Position numbers and translations under genes: made by a program
The notes under the pieces: model-generated
What the model was told of the DNA's origin: nothing
Database searches by the model: none
What the model saw: the letters and a program-made list of their open reading frames with translations, nothing else
In this document: one piece after another, positions 40,680 through 49,519 of the stretch
How positions within the stretch are numbered: the first letter of the stretch is position 1
How the letters are laid out: the number at the start of each line of letters is the position of its first letter
Assembly (NCBI GenBank): GCA_963760795.1
Contig: CAVXEP010000027.1
Span: forward strand, 13,162-77,161
Reading direction: 5' to 3'
Length of the DNA: 64,000 bases
From: an uncultured delta proteobacterium
Lineage (GTDB): Bacteria; Desulfobacterota; Binatia; UBA9968

Positions 40680-41915
40680 ATGTTTGAAATAGTCGAAAAG
40701 CAAAATAGCATGACCGCGCGCATCAAGGTCATCGGTATCGGTGGCGGCGGCGGCAACGCGGTCAACACCATGATCGGTTCCAAACTTACCGGCGTCGATT
40801 TCATGGTCGCGAATACCGACGCGCAGTCCTTGGAAGCGAGCCAAGCGCCGATGCGGATCCAACTGGGCGGCTTGGTGACCAAGGGGTTGGGCGCGGGCGC
40901 CAATCCCGAGATCGGCCGGCGCGCGGCGTTGGAGGATCAAGAACAGATCAGGGAGTATATGGAAGGCTCCGACATGATTTTTATCACCGCCGGCATGGGC
41001 GGCGGCACCGGCACCGGCGGCGCGCCGGTGTTGGCGCGGATCGCGCGTGAAGTCGGCGCGCTGACCGTCGGCGTGGTGACCAAGCCTTTCATCTTCGAGG
41101 GCAAAAAACGCCAGCGCCAGGCGGAACAGGGCATCGAAGAGTTGAAGCAAAGCGTCGATACCTTGATCGTGATTCCGAACCAGCGCTTGCTCAGCATCGC
41201 GGCCAAGACCACGACCATGATCGAGGCGTTTCACAAGGCCGACGATGTCTTGCTTCAAGCGGTGCGCGGCATCTCGGATTTGATCATTACCCCGGGGTTG
41301 ATCAATCTTGACTTCGCCGATGTGCGCACGGTGATGGCGGAGATGGGCTTAGCGCTCATGGGCGCGGCGTCGGCGAGCGGTGAGAACCGCGCCATCGAAG
41401 CGGCGCAAAAAGCGATCTCCAGTCCGTTGCTCGAAGACATCTCGATCCAGGGCGCGCGCGGTGTGTTGATCAACATCACCGGCGGGCCCAATCTCTGCTT
41501 GCACGAAGTCAACGAAGCGGCATCGATGATTCAAGAAGAAGCCCACGACGATGCCAATATTATTTTTGGCGCGGTGATTGATGAAACCATGGGCGACGAG
41601 ATCCGCATCACCGTGATCGCCACCGGTTTCGGTGAAGAAAAACATGGTCACAAAGCGGCGCCGCCGGTGCAAGTCCAGGTACCCGCGGCGGCCAATATCG
41701 CCAACATCGCCAGCGCCATGCCGAAAAACAAGAAGGTGGTTCACCTCGGTACCATCATCGACGATCTCGACGCGCCAACCTGGCAACGGAAGAAGTCGGG
41801 CAGCGAAGATCTCGAGAGCGTGACGCTCAACAAGAATAATTTCCAGTCGAGCGCCAACCAGGAAGACGACGATAAGTACGATATCCCGACGTTCCTAAGA
41901 CGACAGATGGATTAG
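40680..41915 (+). CDS. ftsZ: Cell division protein FtsZ
   Basis: [24 protein letters not shown] and C-terminal [11 protein letters not shown]. Confidence 0.98.
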   Translation: MFEIVEKQNSMTARIKVIGIGGGGGNAVNTMIGSKLTGVDFMVANTDAQSLEASQAPMRIQLGGLVTKGLGAGANPEIGRRAALEDQEQIREYMEGSDMIFITAGMGGGTGTGGAPVLARIAREVGALTVGVVTKPFIFEGKKRQRQAEQGIEELKQSVDTLIVIPNQRLLSIAAKTTTMIEAFHKADDVLLQAVRGISDLIITPGLINLDFADVRTVMAEMGLALMGAASASGENRAIEAAQKAISSPLLEDISIQGARGVLINITGGPNLCLHEVNEAASMIQEEAHDDANIIFGAVIDETMGDEIRITVIATGFGEEKHGHKAAPPVQVQVPAAANIANIASAMPKNKKVVHLGTIIDDLDAPTWQRKKSGSEDLESVTLNKNNFQSSANQEDDDKYDIPTFLRRQMD

Positions 41916-41917
41916 CC

Positions 41918-42097
41918 CTCTGTCAACATCGGTCCTCCTCCGGTGTGCCGGCCGTCCGCAGTCCCCGCTGTGGACGGCCGGCTAGGATATGCGCCGAAAA
42001 GCGCGCGGCGGATGGGCAGATGCCTGCCGCGCTGCGACTGGCCGAAGGCGCAGCGAAGCCAAAATCCGGCATCTGGGTTGAACAAGTGTTGGCAGAG
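41918..42097. repeat. Putative MITE/structured element after ftsZ
   Basis: Terminal inverted repeat ctctgtcaaca / tgttggcagag; internal GC hairpin gccggccgtccgcag...ctgtggacggccggc. Confidence 0.45.
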
Positions 42098-42153
42098 TGG
42101 CAGGACGCAGCTCGGCGACAAATAGCGGAAACGCCTGGGTCTCGCGTATCGGG

Positions 42154-42498
42154 CTATTTCAGGTAGCGCACACGGGTGCCATGGGTTACCGACAGGATGA
42201 TTTCCTGCGCTCCGAGGTCCTTGGGAAAGAGCACGCCGGAAATCCGCGCGCTGTTGAAGCTGGCCCCTTCGAGGGACGCTTGGGAGAGATCGACGCCGCG
42301 CAAATCGCTGTTGTGAAAATAACAGTTGCGGAAGTCGATGCTCTGGGCGTCGATGCCGCGCAGATCGAGGTGGCGGAAGTCACAGTCGTTGAGCTTGACT
42401 CGATCCGCCTGTGCTTTGCGCAGGTTAAACTCCTTAACCTTGCCCTCGCGGAGTAACTGGTAAAGATCGTCCGGGTGGGTCAATGGTTTTAGTGCCAT
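42154..42498 (-). CDS. Pentapeptide repeat protein
   Basis: CDFRH-LDLRG-IDAQS-IDFRN-CYFHN-SDLRG-VDLSQ-ASLEG-ASFNS. Confidence 0.88.
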   Translation of the reverse strand: MALKPLTHPDDLYQLLREGKVKEFNLRKAQADRVKLNDCDFRHLDLRGIDAQSIDFRNCYFHNSDLRGVDLSQASLEGASFNSARISGVLFPKDLGAQEIILSVTHGTRVRYLK

Positions 42499-42558
42499 AA
42501 AAATTCCTTCCCTGAAGGATGGTAGCGGTAAATCCCACTACACAGGGTACGATCGGCA

Positions 42559-43644
42559 CTATTTGGACGATCTTAAACGCTGTTCCCGCCGAAACCGTTC
42601 CAGCGCCAGACGAATCAGCCGGTCGATCAGTTTCGAGTAGGAAATCCCGCTGGCTTCCCACATTTTCGGGTACATGCTGATCTTGGTGAAGCCGGGGATG
42701 GTGTTGATCTCGTTAACTAGCACTCGGCCGTTGGCTTGCACGAAAAAGTCAACTCTCGCCATACCTTGGCAGCACAGCGCTTTGTAGACGTGGATCGCGG
42801 TTTGACGGATTTCCTTTATTACCTTGGCGGGTAGTTTGGCGGGAATCTCCAGGCGCGAGCCGTGAGCGTCGAGATACTTGGCGTGGTAGGAATAGAAATC
42901 GCTATTGACAACGATTTCGCCCGGGAGCGATGCGATCGGGTTGTCATTGCCGAGCACCGAACACTCGATCTCGCGGCCGGCGATGAACTCTTCGATGACG
43001 ATTTTGTTGTCGTAACGAAAAGCCTCTTTGACCGCGGCGCTGAACTGGCTTGGTTTGGCTGCCTTGCTGATGCCCACCGAGGAGCCGAGATTGGCGGGTT
43101 TGACGAACAGCGGCATGCCGAGCATGCGCTTGACCTGGGCGAAATTGATCTTGTCGGCGCGCTCGAACGCCATGAACTTGCCAATGGTGATGCCGGCGTC
43201 GCGCATCAACCGCTTCATCACATCTTTGTCCATGCCGACCGCGGAGCCCAACACCCCGGCGCCGACAAACGGCAAGTTGGCGAGCTTCAACAAGCCTTGA
43301 ACCGTGCCATCTTCGCCAAAGGGCCCATGCAGGATCGGAAAGACCACGTCGATACCGGCGAATCCCGCCGCGCCGCGGCGTACCATCGGTGTCGTGGTCT
43401 TACCCGGCATGATGGCCGCGGCATTCCGGGCGTCGTGAAATTCGACTACCGCCTTTTCGCCGCCAAGGAGCAGCCTGGCTCCCTCGTCGAGATGCCAACG
43501 GCCTTGTTTATCGATGCCGATGGCGACGATCTCATATTTATTCTTGTCCATCGCCGCGGCAATGTTGCGGGCAGAGATCAGCGAAATTTCATGTTCGGCG
43601 GATTTACCGCCGAAGAGTAGCGCGACGCGGAGTTTTTTCTTCAT
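42559..43644 (-). CDS. ddl: D-alanine--D-alanine ligase (DdlA-type)
   Basis: [40 protein letters not shown] and NEINTIPG. Confidence 0.96.
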   Translation of the reverse strand: MKKKLRVALLFGGKSAEHEISLISARNIAAAMDKNKYEIVAIGIDKQGRWHLDEGARLLLGGEKAVVEFHDARNAAAIMPGKTTTPMVRRGAAGFAGIDVVFPILHGPFGEDGTVQGLLKLANLPFVGAGVLGSAVGMDKDVMKRLMRDAGITIGKFMAFERADKINFAQVKRMLGMPLFVKPANLGSSVGISKAAKPSQFSAAVKEAFRYDNKIVIEEFIAGREIECSVLGNDNPIASLPGEIVVNSDFYSYHAKYLDAHGSRLEIPAKLPAKVIKEIRQTAIHVYKALCCQGMARVDFFVQANGRVLVNEINTIPGFTKISMYPKMWEASGISYSKLIDRLIRLALERFRREQRLRSSK

Positions 43645-43670
43645 GCGAGTATTTTACGCGAAGTAGGGCC

Positions 43671-43761
43671 GAGGATCGAGGATAGAAGCTGGAGGATGGA
43701 TGATGGAGGATCGAGGATGGCGGCAGAGAATCGCGCTACGATCCTTCATCCTCCATCCTCG
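43671..43761. repeat. Heptamer (GAGGATN) tandem-repeat hairpin element
   Basis: gaggatc gaggata gaagctg gaggatg gatgatg gaggatc gaggatg ... cgatcct tcatcct ccatcct cg. Confidence 0.8.
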
Positions 43762-43777
43762 ACGACCTTGGGCCAGT

Positions 43778-44962
43778 TTACGATTTCTTTGCAGGCGCGG
43801 CGGGAGCTTGCTGCTCGATCACTTTTACGACTTTGCCGGGATAGGACTGCTTGTCGAATTGCAGGACGAAATACTTGGCTTTAACCGGATCGCCCTTGCT
43901 GTCGAATTCAATCGGACCGGTGACGCCTTTGAAACCTTTAATATTGCGCACAGCGGTGGATACCTCGGCGCGGCTGGGTTTCTTATTCGGATTAGCTTTA
44001 ATCCATCCTTCCATCGCTTTGATGCCGACCAAAGTGGCGTCGTAGCCGTACAAGCCAAACGCTTCGATATCCTTGCCAAAGCGCTGCTTATATTTTTTCG
44101 CGAATGCGGCGGTTTCAGGATACGCATCCGGCGGACCGGCGACGCTGGTGTAGTAACTGCCGACCACCGAGCTGCCGGCGATCTTGGCCATCTCGGCCGA
44201 ATCCAAACCATCGGGTCCCATGAACTTGGCGTTGACGCCCTTTTCGCGCAATTGTTTTAGCAGCAACCCGCCTTGATGATAGATGCCGCCGAAATAGACC
44301 AGCGCGGGATTCTTGGCTTTGAGCGGGTTGATCATCGGCGAGAAGTTGGCACGCTCTTCGGTGCCTTCGAAGCCGAGTACATTGATGCCGAGCTTTTTCG
44401 CCTCGTTGCGGAAATTATCCGCCACGCCCTGGCCGTAAAGCGTCTTGTCGTGGATGATGTAGACCGATTTCGCTTTCAGCTCTTGCGCGGCGAAGCGCGC
44501 GCCGACTGGGCCTTGGACATCGTCGCGGCCGCAGACGCGATTGACATTGGGATAACCGCGGTCGGTGATCTCGGTGGCGGTATTGGCCGGCGAGATCATC
44601 GCCAGCATGGCGTCCTTGTAAACTTCCGACGACGGCAGCGCGACGCCGGAATTAAAATGTCCGACGATCACCAAGACTTCAGGGTCGGCGACCATGTTGC
44701 GCGCGTTGGCGACGCCGACTTCCGGTTTCGCTTGGTCGTCCTGGGGCACCAGCACGAGATCGTAGCCCAGCGCTTTGAACGCCTTGACCGATTCCTCGAC
44801 GGCGAGCTGCGCGCCGAGTTTAATATGTTCGCCGAGCGCGGCCTGCTCGCCCGAGAGCGGCGCCTGCACGGCGATTTTGATTTTACCTTTTTGCGCCCAC
44901 GAGGTCGCCGGTAACGCGGCAAGCAGCGCCAGCATGAAAACTAAGAACGATTTTTTTGGCAC
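43778..44962 (-). CDS. livK: Branched-chain amino acid ABC transporter substrate-binding protein
   Basis: Signal peptide; DDQAKP, GHFNSG, RVCGRDDVQG and HDKTLYGQG; RBS aaggag before GTG. Confidence 0.9.
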   Translation of the reverse strand: MPKKSFLVFMLALLAALPATSWAQKGKIKIAVQAPLSGEQAALGEHIKLGAQLAVEESVKAFKALGYDLVLVPQDDQAKPEVGVANARNMVADPEVLVIVGHFNSGVALPSSEVYKDAMLAMISPANTATEITDRGYPNVNRVCGRDDVQGPVGARFAAQELKAKSVYIIHDKTLYGQGVADNFRNEAKKLGINVLGFEGTEERANFSPMINPLKAKNPALVYFGGIYHQGGLLLKQLREKGVNAKFMGPDGLDSAEMAKIAGSSVVGSYYTSVAGPPDAYPETAAFAKKYKQRFGKDIEAFGLYGYDATLVGIKAMEGWIKANPNKKPSRAEVSTAVRNIKGFKGVTGPIEFDSKGDPVKAKYFVLQFDKQSYPGKVVKVIEQQAPAAPAKKS

Positions 44963-45750
44963 GGCAAATTGTCTCCTTTAGGTGGAATGGGCTGACGATA
45001 GCAGATTGCCACCGAGGTCGCTATAGTTTTTGTCCCGCCCAAGAACATAGACCCGCGAGGTTCACTAGCTTGCAAACAGTCATCGCCGGCTTGCTGCGAA
45101 CGCCTGCCAATCATCATTGCCGCAGTGGGCTCGGTACCGGGAATCCGTGATCTCGATGACTTCAGACTTGGATTTTCTGGCCAGCCTGAAAACAGTTTGA
45201 GACGTAATGCATCAACCTGTAGCTTACATTCGCCGCACGCAGGTGGGCACTGCAAGTTAAGTCAATGGCCGTCTATATTTGCTGCGTTTCCCGTGGTGTC
45301 CGAGCAATCGGCTACTTAGGGTAGGCTGGAGGTGAAACCATCGGTCCTTGCCTCTTGTCGAGCCGGAAAAGTCCGGTTGCGCAAGTGCTACAACCAAAAT
45401 CGAAAAGCCCAACCGGAATCCTGACTGGGGTGCGACATAGTTTATGAAGGTCACATTGCGGGAAATTCGAAGATTCTAAGCCCCTTCCATGTTCACGCAG
45501 CGCCAGTGAAGTTTCCCAATCTGCGGGGTAAACGACAGTTGCGGAGTCCTTAACAACGCAATTTGGATAATCCGCGAGCCGTCACGGCGTGATGACTGCA
45601 ACAAACGAGACAGGGCGCTGTAGTGTATCAACTCCGAATGCCTCAGCTACGGTGATTCTTGACGCACAGGACCAGCCATTTCTTGACGAGGTCCTCTGCG
45701 CGGCACCTTCCAAGCCTCGTCGCGTTGGGCGCGTGGAAAAAGATCGGCAA

Positions 45751-46794
45751 TCAGATCGACGCCTCTTGGGTTACCACACTTAAATTTATTTTCCGCGATT
45801 GGCGTAGCAGCTCGACATTGCACCGCAACCCAATGCGCGCGTCGGTGAGTAAACGATGCAAATCGTCGATGCCACGCACCGGCTGGTCGTCGAGGGCGAC
45901 GATAATGTCGCCGACTCGGAGCTCGCCACGCTCTGCGGGGCCGCTCGGCTCCACAGAGATCAACAGCACCCCGGTTTGATATTGGAGTTGCTGCGCCCGG
46001 GCGACGGCGCGGGGGATATCCATGTTCTGGCCGCCAACGCCGAGATAAGCGCGGCGAATCCGGCCATTCTGAATCAACTGTCCGACGACGAACTTCGCCG
46101 TGTTGATCGCTACCGCGAAACAGATTCCCTGCGCCGGCAGAATCACGGCGGTGTTTACGCCGATGACTTCACCTCGGGAATTGACCAGCGGTCCGCCGGA
46201 GTTGCCGGGATTGAGCGCGGCGTCGGTTTGGATGACATTGTCGATCAACCGTCCCGATACCGAGCGTAGCGAACGACCGAGGGCGCTGACGACGCCGGCG
46301 GTGACACTACACTGAAAGCCGTAGGGGTTGCCGATGGCAATCGCCATTTGGCCGACCCGAGTTTTTTCCGAATCGCCTAGTGGGACGGCGCTAAGATTTT
46401 GCGCCGAGATGCGGATGACGGCAAGGTCGCTGCTCGGATCGTCGCCGACGATGGTGGCGCTAAGATGGCGACCGTCGTTCAACGCAACGTCGAGTTTGTC
46501 GGCGCCGTGGACGACATGGCTATTGGTCAAGATCAGCCCGTCCGGCGTGAAGATAAAACCCGAGCCGCTGCCGCGCATTGCGCGTGGCTCGCCGCCTGGC
46601 CGGTGTCTCGATGCATGATGCTCCTTGGTGACTTCGATGAACGTAACCGCCGGGCTGATACTTTCGGCGGCTGCGACGACGGCTTGGGAATAGGCGTCGA
46701 GGAGTTCGCCGTCGCGGCTGGCGAAGTCGCGCGCACCGGCGCCAACTGCGCCGTTGGCTTGATTGTCGACGAGCTTGAGCGCGGGTTGTAACAT
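45751..46794 (-). CDS. HtrA/DegP-like trypsin serine protease with one PDZ domain, no signal peptide
   Basis: GSGSG, TNSHVV, DLAV and IQTDAALNPGNSGGPL. Confidence 0.92.
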   Translation of the reverse strand: MLQPALKLVDNQANGAVGAGARDFASRDGELLDAYSQAVVAAAESISPAVTFIEVTKEHHASRHRPGGEPRAMRGSGSGFIFTPDGLILTNSHVVHGADKLDVALNDGRHLSATIVGDDPSSDLAVIRISAQNLSAVPLGDSEKTRVGQMAIAIGNPYGFQCSVTAGVVSALGRSLRSVSGRLIDNVIQTDAALNPGNSGGPLVNSRGEVIGVNTAVILPAQGICFAVAINTAKFVVGQLIQNGRIRRAYLGVGGQNMDIPRAVARAQQLQYQTGVLLISVEPSGPAERGELRVGDIIVALDDQPVRGIDDLHRLLTDARIGLRCNVELLRQSRKINLSVVTQEASI

Positions 46795-46847
46795 GGGGGT
46801 TCCTTTCTCACCTTTGGTGCGAAGCTAATCACGAGCGCAATGATTGT

Positions 46848-46890
46848 TAAGTACGCACCCGCCGGTGCTATAGTACCCAAACAGTAACCG
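46848..46890. promoter_or_regulatory. Probable HxlR-family operator in the divergent promoter region
   Basis: aagtacgcac...gtgctatagtac...agtaac lies between the divergent htrA-like and hxlR-like genes. Confidence 0.4.
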
Positions 46891-46895
46891 AGGAG

Positions 46896-47240
46896 ATGGC
46901 GATGAAAGCGAGCGCGACAAAATGTCCGGCGGAGTTTACCCTGGCGATGATCGGCGGGCGATGGAAGATCCCCATCGTTTTCCATTTGTTGGCGGGGCCC
47001 AAGCGGTTCTCGGATTTAGCGCGCAGCTTGTCCGGTGTATCGCAAAAAATGCTCACGCAGCAGCTGCGCGAAATGGAACGCAATGGTCTTGTGATGCGGC
47101 AAGTCTATCCGCAGGTGCCGCCTAAAGTGGAGTATTCCCTCACCGTCTTGGGTGCGAGCCTGCGGCCGGTGGTCGAAGCGATGTGCCGTTGGGGTGAAGC
47201 ACATGGGGTACGGCGCGAGGTTCGGGAAGCCAGCCTATGA
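46896..47240 (+). CDS. HxlR/DUF24 family transcriptional regulator
   Basis: CPAEFTL..IGGRWK, RFSDL, SQKMLTQQLREME and VPPKVEYSLT. Confidence 0.93.
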   Translation: MAMKASATKCPAEFTLAMIGGRWKIPIVFHLLAGPKRFSDLARSLSGVSQKMLTQQLREMERNGLVMRQVYPQVPPKVEYSLTVLGASLRPVVEAMCRWGEAHGVRREVREASL

Positions 47241-47629
47241 TCATCAGCACGGGAATCGATCTTGCGGAAGTGGATCGCATCCAGGCGGCCATCGAGCACC
47301 CGCGCATCGGCCGGCGTTTTCGCGACCGGGTGTTCACTGCCAGTGAGATCGCTTACTGCGAAAAAAAACAGCGCGGCAAGTACGAGAGTTACGCCGGACG
47401 ATTCGCGGCCAAGGAAGCGGTGATGAAGGCGCTCGGGCGCGGCTGGGGTGCCAAAGTGCGCTGGCTCGATATCGAAGTGGCGCGAGCGCGCAGCGGCAAG
47501 CCGGAGATTGTTTTGCACGACAAGACGGCGCAGCTCGCCGCGGCGCTGGGCATTCGCCGCTGGGCGCTATCGATTACCCATACCAAGCAGCATGGCCTGG
47601 CTTCTGTGATTGCCGAGGACGATGGGTGA
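47237..47629 (+). CDS. acpS: Holo-[acyl-carrier-protein] synthase
   Basis: GIDLAE, AGRFAAKEAVMKALG, GKP and LSITHT. Confidence 0.95.
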   Translation: MIISTGIDLAEVDRIQAAIEHPRIGRRFRDRVFTASEIAYCEKKQRGKYESYAGRFAAKEAVMKALGRGWGAKVRWLDIEVARARSGKPEIVLHDKTAQLAAALGIRRWALSITHTKQHGLASVIAEDDG

Positions 47630-47795
47630 GAGAAATAGGCTCACCACGGAGGAAATTCGGAATCGGAATATAACCGCAAAGAGCACACGCGGCACAGCCG
47701 CAATCGAAGGGAAGAATGGCCGCAAAGGGAGCAATAAAAAGGTCGGATTATCTCCCGCAAAGGCGCTAGGGCGCAAAGGTGACGGGCTAATGCGC

Positions 47796-47989
47796 GTCAT
47801 CCCGAGCGACAGACTGTGTGAAAACCCCGTTCATGGTTCGACTGGGCTCACCACGAACGGTTATCAGACATTACAAATCAAGCGTTTAGCCGTTCGCCCT
47901 GAGCTTCGTCGAAGGGCTCCTAAAGAGTTTTCACACAGTCTGGCGAATGCGAGGGATCTAGAAAGAATTCTTTCGGCGCTCGAAATGAC
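47796..47989. repeat. REP-like element (GTCATCCCGAGCGAATGCGAGGGATCT...CGAAATGAC) interrupted by the MITE
   Basis: Removing the MITE and one GCGA copy restores gtcatcccgagcgaatgcgagggatct; outer ends gtcat/atgac are complementary. Confidence 0.65.
47810..47942. mobile_element. MITE (133 bp) with 15-bp terminal inverted repeats and 4-bp target-site duplication
   Basis: CAGACTGTGTGAAAA ... TTTTCACACAGTCTG, flanked by GCGA (47806-47809 and 47943-47946). Confidence 0.8.
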
Positions 47990-48178
47990 ATCTCTTCTCT
48001 TCCGAACTTGGCGACTTTGCGCCTATGCGGAAGGAATATCCGAATCCGAGAAATTCACCGCCGGATAAATTTGCGCAAGCTGCGCAAACTGTGAGCTATT
48101 GCAATGCAAAGAGCGCAAAAAAATTTCACAGGAAATCCGGGAGTAGAGGCAACATGTGCCTTGCCCGTTGGGAAAAAT

Positions 48179-48421
48179 TTAGTTGCCCCGGGACTTTTTC
48201 GCCGGCAGTAGGAACAGCGCGCCGAGGGCCCAGATGCCGCAGACTAGTCCGCTGACAGACCAGATTACTTTATTGCGGCCGTTGTGATTGGCGACGACGC
48301 CGCAAAGAATCGCATCGAGACTATGGACGAGCGCGACGGTGGGCCATAGCGATGCCGGCTCCATGTCCGGTTTGATGAACAGGAGTCCGCTGACATATCC
48401 GACGAGAAGAGAGAAATCCAC
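48179..48421 (-). CDS. Small hypothetical membrane protein
   Basis: 80 aa hydrophobic ORF (GRNKVIW..GLVCGIWALGALFLLP). Confidence 0.6.
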   Translation of the reverse strand: MDFSLLVGYVSGLLFIKPDMEPASLWPTVALVHSLDAILCGVVANHNGRNKVIWSVSGLVCGIWALGALFLLPAKKSRGN

Positions 48422-48487
48422 GAGCTGCTCTTGACGCTTCCTTTAGTCGGCTAATATACTCGGTCTCCCTTGAATTAGGAACTAGGC

Positions 48488-49519
48488 GTGGCGGTAAAAA
48501 CCATCGAATGGAAGAACGATCGAGTGATTATGCTCGATCAACGGCTGTTGCCGCAGCGGGAGATCTACCGGAGTTATCGGGACTACAACCAGGTTGCCGA
48601 GGCGATTCGCTCAATGGTCATTCGCGGCGCGCCGGCGATCGGCGTCGCCGCGGCGATGGGCGTGGCGCTCGGCGCGTTGCACGCGCCGGATCGAATTTTC
48701 GACCGCGAGTTCGAACGCATCGTTGCCGTGCTGGGCAAGACCCGGCCGACGGCGGTGAATTTATTCTGGGCGCTCGAGCGCATGCGCGCAGTCTATTCTT
48801 CCCAACGAACCAAGGGCCTCGCGTCGGTTCGCCGTGGGCTCAAACAAGCGGCATTGCAGATTTTTAAGGAAGACATCGCCGCCAACAAAATGATCGGCAG
48901 GTACGGCGTTCCGCTCTTGCGCGACGCCAAACAGATCATGACCCACTGCAACGCCGGCGCGCTCGCCACCGCCGGCTATGGCACGGCCCTCGGCGTCATG
49001 CGCGCGCTGAAGGAGGCGGGCCGCCAGTTTGAAGTTTACGTTAACGAGACCCGGCCGTTTCTCCAGGGCGCTAGACTGACCGCTTGGGAACTCAAGCAAG
49101 AAAAAATCCCGGCGACGCTGGTGACCGATAACATGGTCGGTTATTTGATGCAGCAAGGGAGAGTCGACGCGGTGGTGGTCGGCTGTGATCGGGTCGCGGC
49201 CAACGGCGATGTCGCCAATAAGATCGGGACTTACACGGTCGCCGTGTTAGCCAAGCGCCACGCCATTCCCTTCTACGTCGCCGGACCGACCTCGTCGATT
49301 GATATCGATTGTCCGGCCGGAAAAGACATTCCCATCGAGCAGCGCGATGGCAAAGAGGTGTCGCATATTTTCGGCAAAGCGTTGGCGCCCAAGGGCATGA
49401 AGGTATTCAATCCGGCTTTCGACGTGACCGATCACGAGCTCATCACGGCTATCATTACCGAGCGCGGAGTGATAAATCCTCCCTACCGACAGAAGATTCG
49501 CAACCATGTCAGTCATTGA
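48488..49519 (+). CDS. mtnA: S-methyl-5-thioribose-1-phosphate isomerase
   Basis: LDQRLLP, IRGAPAIG, RPTAVNL, THCNAGALAT, ETRPFLQGARLT, ANKIGTY and NPAFDVT. Confidence 0.95.
   Translation: MAVKTIEWKNDRVIMLDQRLLPQREIYRSYRDYNQVAEAIRSMVIRGAPAIGVAAAMGVALGALHAPDRIFDREFERIVAVLGKTRPTAVNLFWALERMRAVYSSQRTKGLASVRRGLKQAALQIFKEDIAANKMIGRYGVPLLRDAKQIMTHCNAGALATAGYGTALGVMRALKEAGRQFEVYVNETRPFLQGARLTAWELKQEKIPATLVTDNMVGYLMQQGRVDAVVVGCDRVAANGDVANKIGTYTVAVLAKRHAIPFYVAGPTSSIDIDCPAGKDIPIEQRDGKEVSHIFGKALAPKGMKVFNPAFDVTDHELITAIITERGVINPPYRQKIRNHVSH

Noticed and set aside
44957-44972. Sigma54 promoter-like TGGCACG
   Set aside because: The -12 element is mis-spaced and the site overlaps the livK start codon on the opposite strand.
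45430-45600. Group II intron (GTGCG start at about 45430, GAGCCG at about 45576)
   Set aside because: No domain V hairpin follows GAGCCG, the span is too short, and there is no RT ORF.
47610-48068. 152-aa ORF after acpS
   Set aside because: It runs through nested repeat and MITE sequence and has no protein-like features.
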